From an uncultured Methylomirabilota bacterium (GTDB taxonomy: Bacteria > Methylomirabilota > Methylomirabilia > Methylomirabilales > 2-02-FULL-66-22), in assembly GCA_963705305.1 (NCBI GenBank), contig OY970067.1, positions 1,280,001-1,344,000 on the forward strand: 64,000 nucleotides of DNA. The letters run 5' to 3'. Both the position numbers and the translations under genes were made by a program. Below are positions 1 through 9,870 of the stretch, piece after piece; the first letter of the stretch is position 1; the number at the start of each line of letters is the position of its first letter. Below the pieces are notes generated by a model. It worked only from the letters and a program-made list of their open reading frames with translations, searched no databases and was not told where the DNA came from.

Positions 1-53
1 AATAGTTCGCCATTGCGTAGACTCCCCGAAACCTTACACGGGGAGGAGACGCA

Positions 54-1334
54 GTGGACGAGACAGGTAATTATGCGCGACGCTGCAAGGCGATTGCACT
101 GCTGCGGCAGAGGGTCCGGTTCGCAGAGGTGGCTCGGGCGGTGGGCCGCAGCCAGAGCTGGCTGGCGAAGTGGTGGAGGCGCTGCCGTCAGGAAGGGCGG
201 GTGGGACTCCACGACCGGAGCCGGGCCGCGCACCGGATCTGGCGCCGGACCGCACCTCACTTGGTCAGCCTGGTGCTGCGGATTCGCGCGGAGCTGGTGG
301 CCCACCGGACGCGCCGGACGGCCTTTGCGGGTCGGGGCGCGGAGGCCATCCGCTGGGAGCTGGAGCAGCGCGGGGTGCACCGGCTGCCGAGCCTCCGGAC
401 GATCGAGCGGCTCCTGCAAGCGCACGGCTGTACCCGCCGCGAGCGGCGCCGTCGGCGCGGGCGGGGCCAGCCCTGTCCGGCGCCCCGGGCCGCAGCCGTG
501 GGGGCCGTGCAGCAAACGGACCTCGTCGGCCCGCGCCATGTCCGCGGCCCCCGCGGGGTTACCCGCTTCTTCGCCTTCCACACTCTGGAGTACGTCAGCC
601 GAGCGGCGGCCGCCAGCTACTATGGCGCCAAGGGGACCGAAGCCTTCTGTGCGCACTTCCTGCACGCGTGGACACTCCTGGGGGTCCCGGCCGTCAGCCA
701 ACTGGATAACGAGTTTGGCGTCGTCGGGGGCAACCCGTACGGGTTCACCTTCTCGCAAGTGGTGCGCCTGGGCCTGCTCTGCGGGGTCCACTGGTGGTTC
801 ATTCCCCCCGGCGAGCCCGGCCGGAACCCGGACATCGAGAGCTTCAACGGCCTCTGGCAAGCGCGGGTGCTCTGGCGGCACCGGTGCGCCGATCTCCCCG
901 CCGTGCGCCGCACGAGTGCGCGCTTCCTCCGGTACTACCACACCCGCAAACCGCATCGGCGCCTCACCGTCGCCACCCACGGCTCGCGGTTCCCGGGCGA
1001 GGTCCTGGCCGCCGCGCAGGCACTGCTTCGGCCGCTGCCCCCGGGGTTCGCCCTGGACCGCTACCGGGATGCCCGGGGGGCGCTCCACCTGCCCCTGGCC
1101 CGCGGCCGGATCTCCTTCGTCCGCCGGGTCGGCGACACGGGCACCATCGCGCTCCCCGGGGGCGCCTACCGGGTCGGGCGGCGCCTGGCCCGGCAGTATG
1201 TGGTGGCCACCCTCTACACGCATCGCCGCGAGATCGTCGTCAAACTGGACGGCCGAGTGGTCAAGCGCTTCTCCTGTCCGATCCACGAGCCGGTCGTCCT
1301 TCCCCTCTACCCGCTCCCGCGGGGGCGGTGCTGA
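54..1334 (+). CDS. IS481-family-like transposase (HTH + DDE integrase core)
   Basis: N-terminal HTH (AEVARAVGRSQSWLAKWWRR..GLHDRSR), PSLRTIERLL, DDE core QTD...QLDN...PGRNPDIESFN. Confidence 0.8.
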   Translation: MDETGNYARRCKAIALLRQRVRFAEVARAVGRSQSWLAKWWRRCRQEGRVGLHDRSRAAHRIWRRTAPHLVSLVLRIRAELVAHRTRRTAFAGRGAEAIRWELEQRGVHRLPSLRTIERLLQAHGCTRRERRRRRGRGQPCPAPRAAAVGAVQQTDLVGPRHVRGPRGVTRFFAFHTLEYVSRAAAASYYGAKGTEAFCAHFLHAWTLLGVPAVSQLDNEFGVVGGNPYGFTFSQVVRLGLLCGVHWWFIPPGEPGRNPDIESFNGLWQARVLWRHRCADLPAVRRTSARFLRYYHTRKPHRRLTVATHGSRFPGEVLAAAQALLRPLPPGFALDRYRDARGALHLPLARGRISFVRRVGDTGTIALPGGAYRVGRRLARQYVVATLYTHRREIVVKLDGRVVKRFSCPIHEPVVLPLYPLPRGRC

Positions 1335-1432
1335 GTCCCAGGAGCCCGCCCGCCGCGCTCGCTGCACCACACCGTTGGGCGTGCTGCTCGCTGCGGCGGG
1401 CTCTCCTGTGCCATGGGGAACGACCCCGACTG

Positions 1433-1489
1433 GTCTACGATGTTATGGCGGTCCACTGCCTCTGAAATCAGTCTACGATGTTGTGGCGG
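1433..1489. repeat. Tandem 19-bp imperfect direct repeats, probable subterminal transposase-binding sites of the IS481-like element
   Basis: gtctacgatgttatggcgg (1433-1451) and gtctacgatgttgtggcgg (1471-1489); partial inverted copy cgccattgcgtagac at 8-22. Confidence 0.6.
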
Positions 1490-1497
1490 CGCCCACC

Positions 1498-1841
1498 TAG
1501 GAGATTCCTCATCTTGGAAGTGGGTCCATGCTTCTTCACGGTGAGGCCCGTCAGTTCACCGCGCACCCGCTACGGCCGCGAGATCGTCAGGTGCGAGGCG
1601 TACAGCCCTCCGCCGCAGCAGTGCTCTGATCGCCCCAGGCGCCGTGCAGATATCCGTTTCCCGGAGGATCACGTGCTTGTACTGCATCGTAAAGCGTCAC
1701 CGCATCGCCTTGGCCACCACCTCGACCTCGTTTGTGTCTGGTTTTGGAACTGCCACCTAAAGCAGCGCAGTCATTTGCCAATGTCTCCCTCCCCTCTACT
1801 CTAAACTCTGAAGGGGGGAGTGTCTAACTCATACCGGCACA
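1498..1841 (-). pseudogene. IS3-family remnant (left end + degraded orfA)
   Basis: Minus strand begins TGTGCCGGTATGAGTTAGACAC; broken frames read PDTNEVEVVAKAMR*RFTMQYKHVILRE..CTAPGAIRALLR / LYASHLT..RGELTGLTVKKHGP, typical of IS3 OrfA. Confidence 0.7.
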
Positions 1842-1898
1842 GGGGGCGTTTTCATGCCGGATTCAGGTCAACTTAGCGGCAATCATCCCTTGTTTACC

Positions 1899-3542
1899 CT
1901 ATGCTATCTCCAGGCCAGCCCCCTTAGTCGCTGGCAAGGCGTGGACCTCCCATGCCCTGCAAATGCTGGTCCTCTTGGTCTTTAGCGGAGGCCGTCTCCA
2001 GTGGCTGAGCCGCCGTTTAATCTCCTCGTTATCGAGTTGTATGTTCAATATCCTTCCCTCAACATCAATCTCAATTAGGTCTCCGTCCTCCACTGCGGCG
2101 AGGGGTCCTCCCACCGCAGCTTCGGGGGTGATCTGCGTAATAACGGGCCCATACCCGCTGCCTCCGCTAACAGTGCCATCCGTCAGCATGAATACATGCT
2201 CGCGGCCCACCCCCACTCGATCCTCCATTTCCCGCATCACGTGCGGCATGCCCGGCCCGCCACGTGGCCCGACGTATCTCACGACAATAACGTCACCGCT
2301 TTTTACCTTTCCTTTAGTAATTCCATTCCAATACTCCGGGATGGAGTCAAAAACAACGGCGCGGCCCCGAAATTTCATCATGTCGGGAGGAGTGACCGAA
2401 TTTCGACATATGCCCGAAGTACACAAGTTGCCCCGCATGACGACTAGCGATTGCGCGAGGACCGGGTCGTTCACGGGGTGGATGACTTCGCTCCGACGCA
2501 CCCGTGCCCCCCTGATGTTTTCCCTCAGAGTTTTTCCTGTCACGGTCATCACATCGAGGTTTAGGTACCTCTCCCCCAGTTCATTCAGAACGGCCGGAAC
2601 GCCGCCGGCCTCATCGAAATCCGTGATCGTGTACTCCTTCTCCCCATACCCAGCGCCTCCAACCGGCGCGACATTCGTGATGACCGGGACCTCCTTGCTA
2701 ATTCTATCAAACGTCTCTATCGTGATCTCATCATCCAAATCCAGCTCTCTAGCCAACGCGAGCATGTGCCACACACAGTTCACGGATAGACCCATCGCGT
2801 TCATTAGCACGATCGCGTTCTCAAGTGCCGCCTTGGTCATGATGTCCCGCGGCCGGATATTCTTCTCCGCGAGTCGGACTATTTGCTTCCCCGATTCGTT
2901 GGCAATCCACTTCCTCTTTGTCGCAACAGTCGGGATGGTGGAAGCACGCGGGAGGGTCATACCGAGCCCTTCACTCAAGATTTGTATCGAGTTTCCCGAC
3001 CCGAAGCTGCCGCAGGTGCCGATCGTGCATTGCATACCGTGAAATTCACATATCGGGGACTCGTAGTCCTCATACCGTCCCTGCAATGCGGGGCCCGCAG
3101 GGACGATTATCGACGGGAAATTACATCGAGCCGCACCAAGCAAGAGGCCCGGTCCACTCTTGTCGCAGCCCCCCATGAAGACAAGACCGTTTTGAGACAT
3201 TTGCGCTATATTCTCTATTGATCCCGCAAGCACATCTCGTGTTACCGCGCCGTGCCAGGGGACGTCCTCGCCAGACACTTTGGACAGGCATCCGAGCGAC
3301 GGGGTGTTGTCGAGGCATTCCCCGTATACATTGTATTCAAATGGGACGCCGCCTGACGCCCAGATTCCCGCCCGAACAAACTCGGCAAGGCTCCGCAAAT
3401 CAATATGCGCCACATTGCCTTCGTTCCACGTGTTGATGATGGCAATATGCGGCTTCGTCTTGAGATCGTCCTCAGTATACCCCATGATCATCGCTAACGT
3501 AGTCCTTCGCAGACCGATCTTCTCTCCATCATGCGTGCCCAT
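1899..3542 (-). CDS. Dihydroxy-acid dehydratase (IlvD/Edd family)
   Basis: KPHIAIINTWNE..HIDL, GGCDKSGPG, GTCGSFGSGNS, AGGVPAVL, RYVGPRGGPGMP, TDGTVSG, ITPEAAVGGPLAAVEDGDLIEID. Confidence 0.9.
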   Translation of the reverse strand: MGTHDGEKIGLRRTTLAMIMGYTEDDLKTKPHIAIINTWNEGNVAHIDLRSLAEFVRAGIWASGGVPFEYNVYGECLDNTPSLGCLSKVSGEDVPWHGAVTRDVLAGSIENIAQMSQNGLVFMGGCDKSGPGLLLGAARCNFPSIIVPAGPALQGRYEDYESPICEFHGMQCTIGTCGSFGSGNSIQILSEGLGMTLPRASTIPTVATKRKWIANESGKQIVRLAEKNIRPRDIMTKAALENAIVLMNAMGLSVNCVWHMLALARELDLDDEITIETFDRISKEVPVITNVAPVGGAGYGEKEYTITDFDEAGGVPAVLNELGERYLNLDVMTVTGKTLRENIRGARVRRSEVIHPVNDPVLAQSLVVMRGNLCTSGICRNSVTPPDMMKFRGRAVVFDSIPEYWNGITKGKVKSGDVIVVRYVGPRGGPGMPHVMREMEDRVGVGREHVFMLTDGTVSGGSGYGPVITQITPEAAVGGPLAAVEDGDLIEIDVEGRILNIQLDNEEIKRRLSHWRRPPLKTKRTSICRAWEVHALPATKGAGLEIA

Positions 3543-3848
3543 TCCTACGCTGCCTCCTCTCGCTTGTCCGAATTATCTCCTCGATATTTCTCGGTGCACT
3601 CTTCTCTTGCCGTCTTCGATATGCTATTGGATCCTACATGCCCGTGGTCGGACCGCACTCTTCGGACGGAAAATCTAGTATTCATTCATTTTGGTGACAC
3701 CCTTATCAGCTTGATCGGGAAATTGTCGGCTTCCCCCCACCGGTCATAACAAGAGACTTCAAGAAAACGGCAACAGCCGCAGCACTCCAGTCCCCCGCAG
3801 CAACTGTCTCCGCCCTAGCCTCCTCTTAGCACACTCCGCCGGTCGGGG

Positions 3849-4643
3849 TTATATCTTTGGTTGTTTTGCAGTCGCGTGTGCGCGTATTTGACCAATTGTG
3901 TTTGCCGCACTGGTCATGAGTATTGACACTTCGTTCGAATACGGAACAAGCCGAATACCTTTGTTGATCCAGTACATGGCTGACTCTAGATCGGGAACCA
4001 AAAGGCCTGGAATCTTCCCTCGGCGGTGACACGCTCTAATCATCTTGTCCACTTGACGCATGACCTCTGGATGTTTCGTCTGCCCGATGAATCCAAGCTC
4101 ACTGGAGAGATCCCCCCGTCCAATGACCGCGCCGTCGATACCGTCCACCATGAGGATACGGTCCAGATTCCGAATCCCCTTTCGGCTTTCGATCTGTACG
4201 ATGAGTAGCGTTTCGGCGTTAAAGACCCGAGCAAACTGTTTCGCCTCGATGGGTACAAATCCGGTGTGCACCGTCTGAATATTAAAGCCGTGCTCGCCTA
4301 AAGGCGGAAACTTGGTGGCTCGGACAACCGCCTTGGCCTGTTCCTCCGTGTCGACGTGTGGGATTAGCAAACCGAGTGCTCCGGCGTCTAGGGGCCGCGT
4401 GAGGAGGTGCGGGTCTTTCGCGGGCGGCCGGACGATAGGCACCAAGTCGCGCGCGAGGGCTGCCGCGCACAATCTACCTACCGTTTCGATCGAGAAACCG
4501 GAGTGCTCCATATCGAGATAGATGAAGTCGAAGCCGGCCGATGCCAGCACTTGCGGGAGCAGTGGACTGCCCAAGGCGGTTACCCACGTGCCGATCTGGA
4601 CTTTCCCCGCAATCAATTCTCTTTTGACTCGATTTTTGATCAT
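3849..4643 (-). CDS. HpcH/HpaI family aldolase
   Basis: AGFDFIYLDMEHS, LDAGALGLLIPHVDT, KFPPLG, VQIES, GRGDLS. Confidence 0.92.
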   Translation of the reverse strand: MIKNRVKRELIAGKVQIGTWVTALGSPLLPQVLASAGFDFIYLDMEHSGFSIETVGRLCAAALARDLVPIVRPPAKDPHLLTRPLDAGALGLLIPHVDTEEQAKAVVRATKFPPLGEHGFNIQTVHTGFVPIEAKQFARVFNAETLLIVQIESRKGIRNLDRILMVDGIDGAVIGRGDLSSELGFIGQTKHPEVMRQVDKMIRACHRRGKIPGLLVPDLESAMYWINKGIRLVPYSNEVSILMTSAANTIGQIRAHATAKQPKI

Positions 4644-4717
4644 TCCCTCATCCGTGCGTCTCAGCATGTCCTTAACCCGGAGCCGTGAGTCCGGATCTCA
4701 TCACTGGGCCGACTGCA

Positions 4718-5130
4718 CTAGGCACCTGCGAACGCACACTCACTGATACCGCGCACATTGCCGCGCTGCAGCAGGAGGAACACGATAAGGGTTGGTATCA
4801 GCGTGATCAGGAGAATGGCACTGAGTGTACCGAATGCAAATGCCTGCCCCTTATCCTCGAGGATGCGCAAGCCAGTATTGATGTTAGCGATCTTAGGGAT
4901 GATGGCCAAGGCAGAGGCGAGTAAGACTTCGTTCCAAACCTGAAGGAAGGTGAGCAGCACGACGGTACCCATGCCACCCTTGGCCATCGGGAGGTGCATG
5001 GACGAGAACACCCATAGTTCGCTCGCGCCGCTGATGCATGCCGCCCGCCTCAGCCCGGGCGCCGTTCTAAGAAAGGCCTCTCTCATGATCCATGCCGCAA
5101 GCTGTATGAATAATGTAACATATAGCAAGA
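4718..5130 (-). pseudogene. Carbohydrate ABC transporter permease, C-terminal fragment
   Basis: Degenerate EAA loop (RRAACISGASELWVFSSMHLPMAKGG), FLQVWNE, LIPTLIVFLLLQR; N-terminal half missing. Confidence 0.7.
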
Positions 5131-5200
5131 TAAGCCCTTGGCACCGCGTGCCGCGTACAAACAATTCGTCGGTCTCTGTTCCCATGTCAAAGGAATTGCA

Positions 5201-5400
5201 TTAAACGTCGGCGCGAGGATCGACGATTCCGGGCACGGCAATGTGTCCCCTGAGGGGAAACGATCGCATCGCCTGCTCCGCGGGGATTGACTCCTGTTCC
5301 GCTGCCACTCGCCCCGAACGTGCTCCCCGCCCGTGACGCCGTCCCAATTGTTCTTCAGGTTGATCACCCGCCCGTTTTTCAGGAGCAGGTCGCACCGCAT
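5201..5400 (-). pseudogene. Amidohydrolase/dihydroorotase-family N-terminal remnant
   Basis: MRCDLLLKNGRVIN... then, in another frame, LRGHIAVPGIVD; truncated. Confidence 0.6.
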
Positions 5401-5456
5401 TGCTCTTCTCTGCTTGTCGCCCTGCATTCAATCCTGCGGAGCCTCGCGTGTTGGCG

Positions 5457-6167
5457 TTACACGATACCACGATCCCGCAGCATATTCCTCAGTGTGCCGA
5501 CCGAGAGCTCAAACACATCCAGGGCGACCGGGCAGACTTGGTTACACTGCCGACATTCGGTGCAGGCCCGCACCCCTTCGCTTATCGCTTCCAGTAGACG
5601 ATCGGCCTCATCGCGGGGGTCCAAGGCGAGACGGGCGAGATCCAGCATATGCAAGGGATTCAGCTGCTCCTGGCTGTTTCTAATCGCCTCTGCACAGGCC
5701 TCGACGCAAATCCCGCACCTGATACAGGCCGTGTACTTGCCCAGCAGTTCGGACTCCCGTCCAGTCGCTCTCCCGCCGTGGGCTCCAACCGCCATTGCCT
5801 CGGGGAACGGCCGCAAGCTAGCACGCTCGTACAGATCCACCGTGAAATCCACCATGAGGTCCTTAATCAGAGGGTAGCAGGTCAGTGGCTCGATCACGAG
5901 CAAGTCGCGTTCCCTGCGCTGGTACACGCGCTCCTTGCACGCTAGCACAGGCCGACCATTGACATTCACGGCACAGATGCCACACTTGAACATCCGACAC
6001 TCTCGATGGAACGCAAACGGTTCCCCATGCTCATACACGTATTCCAGTAGGTCCAGGACAGTGGTGTGCTCGTCATAGGAGACCACGTACTCCTGGTAGG
6101 TTGGGGCTGGATCCTGTCCAGGGTCAAAACGGAACAGTCGCACAGTCAGATTTTCTCCCCGGTTCAT
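5457..6167 (-). CDS. Succinate dehydrogenase/fumarate reductase-type iron-sulfur subunit
   Basis: 2Fe-2S motif CRMFKCGICAVNVNGRPVLAC, IEPL..YPLIKDLMVD, 4Fe-4S-type motifs CIRCGICVEAC and CTECRQCNQVCP. Confidence 0.88.
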   Translation of the reverse strand: MNRGENLTVRLFRFDPGQDPAPTYQEYVVSYDEHTTVLDLLEYVYEHGEPFAFHRECRMFKCGICAVNVNGRPVLACKERVYQRRERDLLVIEPLTCYPLIKDLMVDFTVDLYERASLRPFPEAMAVGAHGGRATGRESELLGKYTACIRCGICVEACAEAIRNSQEQLNPLHMLDLARLALDPRDEADRLLEAISEGVRACTECRQCNQVCPVALDVFELSVGTLRNMLRDRGIV

Positions 6168-7846
6168 CGCATATCTCTCGCTGCTGACATGAGGCACCCC
6201 CGCATGCGCGTTCCATCACTGTAAACCAAGATGCTCTTCGTCCACTCGGCCGATTCCTTCGGAAAGTCTATACGATAATGAGAACCCCGTGATTCTTGGC
6301 GTTGCAGCGCAGCCATGATCAGCATCTTCCCAACGTCCAGTAAGCTAGCATTCTCGATGGCCTCCACCCACTCGAGGTTCGCCGTCGGATTCTTCGAGCG
6401 GATGCGCGTGCGCCCCAAATCCACGTGTTCGATTTCCTCGAGCGTGTGTTGGGCATCGAGCAATCCGGCCTCGCTTCGAACAAACCCGACTCGTTCCCAC
6501 ATTGTCGTCTGGATTTTCCGCCGGACTCCGCGCGCGGTGTACGGGCCTTCCTGCTCGAGCACGGCGAATAGGCGCTTCGCCTCTTGGGCGACCTCCTCCA
6601 CATCAATCTTCTCGCGGGCCCGGCTCTTCGCGGCAAGGGCTGCTGAGCGGCCAGCGCGCTTCCCAAAGACGACTGCCTCGGCCATCGCGGTCGACGCTAG
6701 TCTCTCCGCACCATGGAGTCCACCCGACGTTTCTCCTGCCGCGAACAACCCCGTGATACTCGTCTCATGCCGTTCGTCAACAACGACGCCGCCGGGGAAG
6801 AAGTAAGGAGCCAGAGTGACTTCAACTCTTCCCTCTGCGGCGATGGTCTCGCTCATTGACCTGAGCACCTGCTGGACGAACGGGAATGAGGGGCCCAAGG
6901 GGTCGAGATTGGTGAAGTCGTACCAAACACCGCCGTGCGGTGAGCCGCGTCCCTCTCGCTGCTCCAGCGAAATGCCGCGCAGGTACATGTCCTTGGTATA
7001 AAGAGTCGCTTCCGGGTAGCGCTGCTCCATGAAAAGCTCACCAGCAGCGTTGTACAGTCGGGGCTTGGTACCGGGCAAAGTGGATGGTTCACCCAGCACC
7101 TTTCCCCTAAGCCCCGGCGGATATGCGAGGCCTATGGTGCAGGACACGAATTCCATGTCCCGTAGCCTCGCACCGCATCGATATGCCAGGGCGTATCCGT
7201 CCCCCGTGGCCGATGCCGCGGCGCTCTCGCCGAAGAGCTGGCCAGCATTACCTGTAGTGAGAACAATGGACTTGGCCCGGATTAACTCCACACGGCCGGT
7301 TTTTATATTCAGGCCGACGGCCGCGGTAGCGCGATCCCCAGTCCTGAGCAGTTTCGTGATGAGGATCTGATCGATGATACGGACACCCTTGCGCACGACT
7401 TGGGGAATCAGACCATACCGCAGGATTGTTGTCGCATTAAGCCACGTGGCCATGAGCATCCGCGGAAAGGAGTGGCCCCCGACACGCAGGATGCGAAAGT
7501 TGGCTTCGCCGTCTCGATCGAAGGTCACGCCGTACTTTTCGAGACCCACAACCTCACCATTCTTGATCTCGGTGACAAAGAGTCGGACCAATGCAGGATC
7601 GTTCAGATACCGGCCGCAACGGAGCATGTCATCCACGAAGCACTCTTCGTTGTCTGGCGGTTGCAAGACGCCGGCGATCCCTCCTTGTGTAGAGGCCGTG
7701 ATCCCCGTCCTCCCCACCAATCCCTTACTTGCGAGTAACACCTCCGCCCCGCAAATTCTGGCTTCCAGAGCGGCCATACTTCCGGCTGCACCGCCGCCGA
7801 TAACCAGTACGTCGGTGTCATACGTGGGAAGAAATCTAAGGTCCAT
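6164..7846 (-). CDS. FAD-dependent oxidoreductase, SdhA/FrdA/NadB superfamily (non-canonical active site)
   Basis: DVLVIGGGAAG, TGDGYALAYRCGA..DMEF, GLFAAGE..GLHGAERL, RQESRGSHYRIDFP; 4-nt overlap with the Fe-S gene. Confidence 0.88.
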   Translation of the reverse strand: MDLRFLPTYDTDVLVIGGGAAGSMAALEARICGAEVLLASKGLVGRTGITASTQGGIAGVLQPPDNEECFVDDMLRCGRYLNDPALVRLFVTEIKNGEVVGLEKYGVTFDRDGEANFRILRVGGHSFPRMLMATWLNATTILRYGLIPQVVRKGVRIIDQILITKLLRTGDRATAAVGLNIKTGRVELIRAKSIVLTTGNAGQLFGESAAASATGDGYALAYRCGARLRDMEFVSCTIGLAYPPGLRGKVLGEPSTLPGTKPRLYNAAGELFMEQRYPEATLYTKDMYLRGISLEQREGRGSPHGGVWYDFTNLDPLGPSFPFVQQVLRSMSETIAAEGRVEVTLAPYFFPGGVVVDERHETSITGLFAAGETSGGLHGAERLASTAMAEAVVFGKRAGRSAALAAKSRAREKIDVEEVAQEAKRLFAVLEQEGPYTARGVRRKIQTTMWERVGFVRSEAGLLDAQHTLEEIEHVDLGRTRIRSKNPTANLEWVEAIENASLLDVGKMLIMAALQRQESRGSHYRIDFPKESAEWTKSILVYSDGTRMRGCLMSAARDMR

Positions 7847-8485
7847 GACTGCTCCCTCAGACGGGATGCCCCCTTTATGGAATATGACGCATCCGCAGGC
7901 CACGCCAACGGAGTAGGTGGGCTTGCCGCGAGTGCGACCCGGAGAGACGGTCCCCCGGAACCTCCTTGGTTGCAGGGTATTTGCGGTAAGGTAGGACCAA
8001 GGACGAAAGACAGGACAAACACCCGTTCGAGTCAATGGTAACTCGTTCTCTCAATGCTCCATCTGGCAGGTGGCCACGAGAGAGAGCTGTGATCTCAAAA
8101 GGCAAGAGTCCTTCTCGCAGCATTCTTCTTTCCATCCGTCTTTCTGCCTAGTGGACTTGGGCAGCTTAAAGACTAAAGACCAGCTAGTTTACCTAATTGC
8201 CCGCCACCCCTTGTGTCCATCCATCAGCCCTTGCCAGCAGACTACATCAGAATTCCCGCCTTAGGCCATAGGGGGTCCTCCCTTGCCGCTTCTCTGCCTA
8301 GATCGCATTCATAGTTGCGAACAAAAATACCTTCCGACCTTCCTTCTCGAGGGTGGGGCGGTAATCTTTTTCAGACGTGACATCGCGATGGGTGCTGGTC
8401 CCTTCGGCTAACTCAGCATGGCTTGCATCCGTATCCGTACTGTCCAATAAATAGGAAGCAGTTTTGGGCTCCTCTCCCAAAAGTG

Positions 8486-9700
8486 TTAGGGGAGCGGGAG
8501 CTGCGCACAGCAGTGGTAGATGGTCGAAATGTACGTCCACGTCGTCCGGAAGCCGAACGCCCGATGACTGATCGCCTTCGCCTTGCTGCTCATCCCCTCC
8601 AGGGCCCCGTTGGTGACTCGGAGGGTCGTCCAGGCCAGGATGCCATCGAGATGTACGCGGAGGGTCTGGGCCAGTTTTACGAAGGGGGCCAGCCGGCTGT
8701 GGCTCGCCCGCCAGAGCCGCTGCCGGAGGTGGGCCGCGGCCCAGGCCGTAGAGCGGTAGTCCCAGAACCGCCGGAGGTCCTCCTTGAGGAGGGCCGCCCG
8801 TACGATGGGGGCGTTCAGGCCGACGAGCGCCGACAGCCGGGTCCGTTCCGCCCGCTCCAGGTTCTCGGGGTTCTTCAGCCAGAGGAGCCGCGTCCGCGTG
8901 CAGGCCGGTTTCTCCGCCTCGGCCAGCTGTCGCCCCAGCTGCCGGCGCACGGTGTCCACAGCCTCAGTCGCATAGCGGGTGAGGCGGAACCGATCGAAGA
9001 CCACCATCGCCGAGGGCACGGCCTGCCGGACCACCGCCAGGTACGGCCGCCACATGTCGCAGCAGACGACCTGGATCGCCCGGGCGCGGCGTTTCCCCAG
9101 CCAGGCGAAGAACCGCTGGAGCGTGGCCTCTTCCCGCTCTTTCCCCACCCAGACCACGCGGCGGCGCGCCAGGTTGGAGTCGAGCGTCTGGTACCGCAGG
9201 CCCTTCCGGCGGCTCACCTCGTCGATCCCCATCAGATGGAGCGGGACCCACCGGCGATGGGCCACACCCCACAGGACGGCCGCCTCCACGACACTGGCCA
9301 CCATCTTCCAATTCAGGCGGAAGTGGGCCGCGACGCTACGCCAGTCGAGCTTCCGGGCAAGCGTGGCCACGGCCCGCGCCAGGCTGTGGGTCGCCCGCTG
9401 CCACTTCTCGGCCCGGGGGATCCGCTCGACCCGGAGGCCGCAGATGGGGCACCGCACCCAGGCCGGGGCATAGATCGGCCAGAGGGGCTGGTCCCGCACC
9501 GACAGATCATGCAACCGGCGGGCCGGCCGGCGGGTGTCGGCTACCTGGGACGGGGGCCGTCCGCACGCCCCGCAGGCCAGCCGGCGGCCCGGCAGGCACT
9601 CCACCTGGGCCACCAGGCTGCCGTCTGGTTGCTCCTCCACGTGGGTAACAGTATGGGCTTTCATTCCGAGGGATTTCCTGGGCCGCGTTTCCAGGCGCAT
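8486..9700 (-). mobile_element. ISL3-family transposase
   Basis: Zn finger (CGACG...CPICG), GIDEVS, VCCDMW, VFDRF, TNGALEG..RAFGFR. Confidence 0.9.
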
Positions 9701-9870
9701 CGGGCCTTGGCCTCCTCTCTTCGGGTTGCGACCCCCGAGGAGGATAGGCGAATCTCCCGATGCGCTTCTACTTTTCGATGCTTACGCGCTCAGGAGGTTT
9801 TGGGGTACCAACCGAGATTTGAGTGAGAGTATGGCACTCACAATCAACGCTGTCAAGACAACGTATCGCG

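Noticed and set aside
5457..7846. Gene symbols sdhA/sdhB
   Set aside because: Catalytic residues differ and membrane anchor genes are absent.
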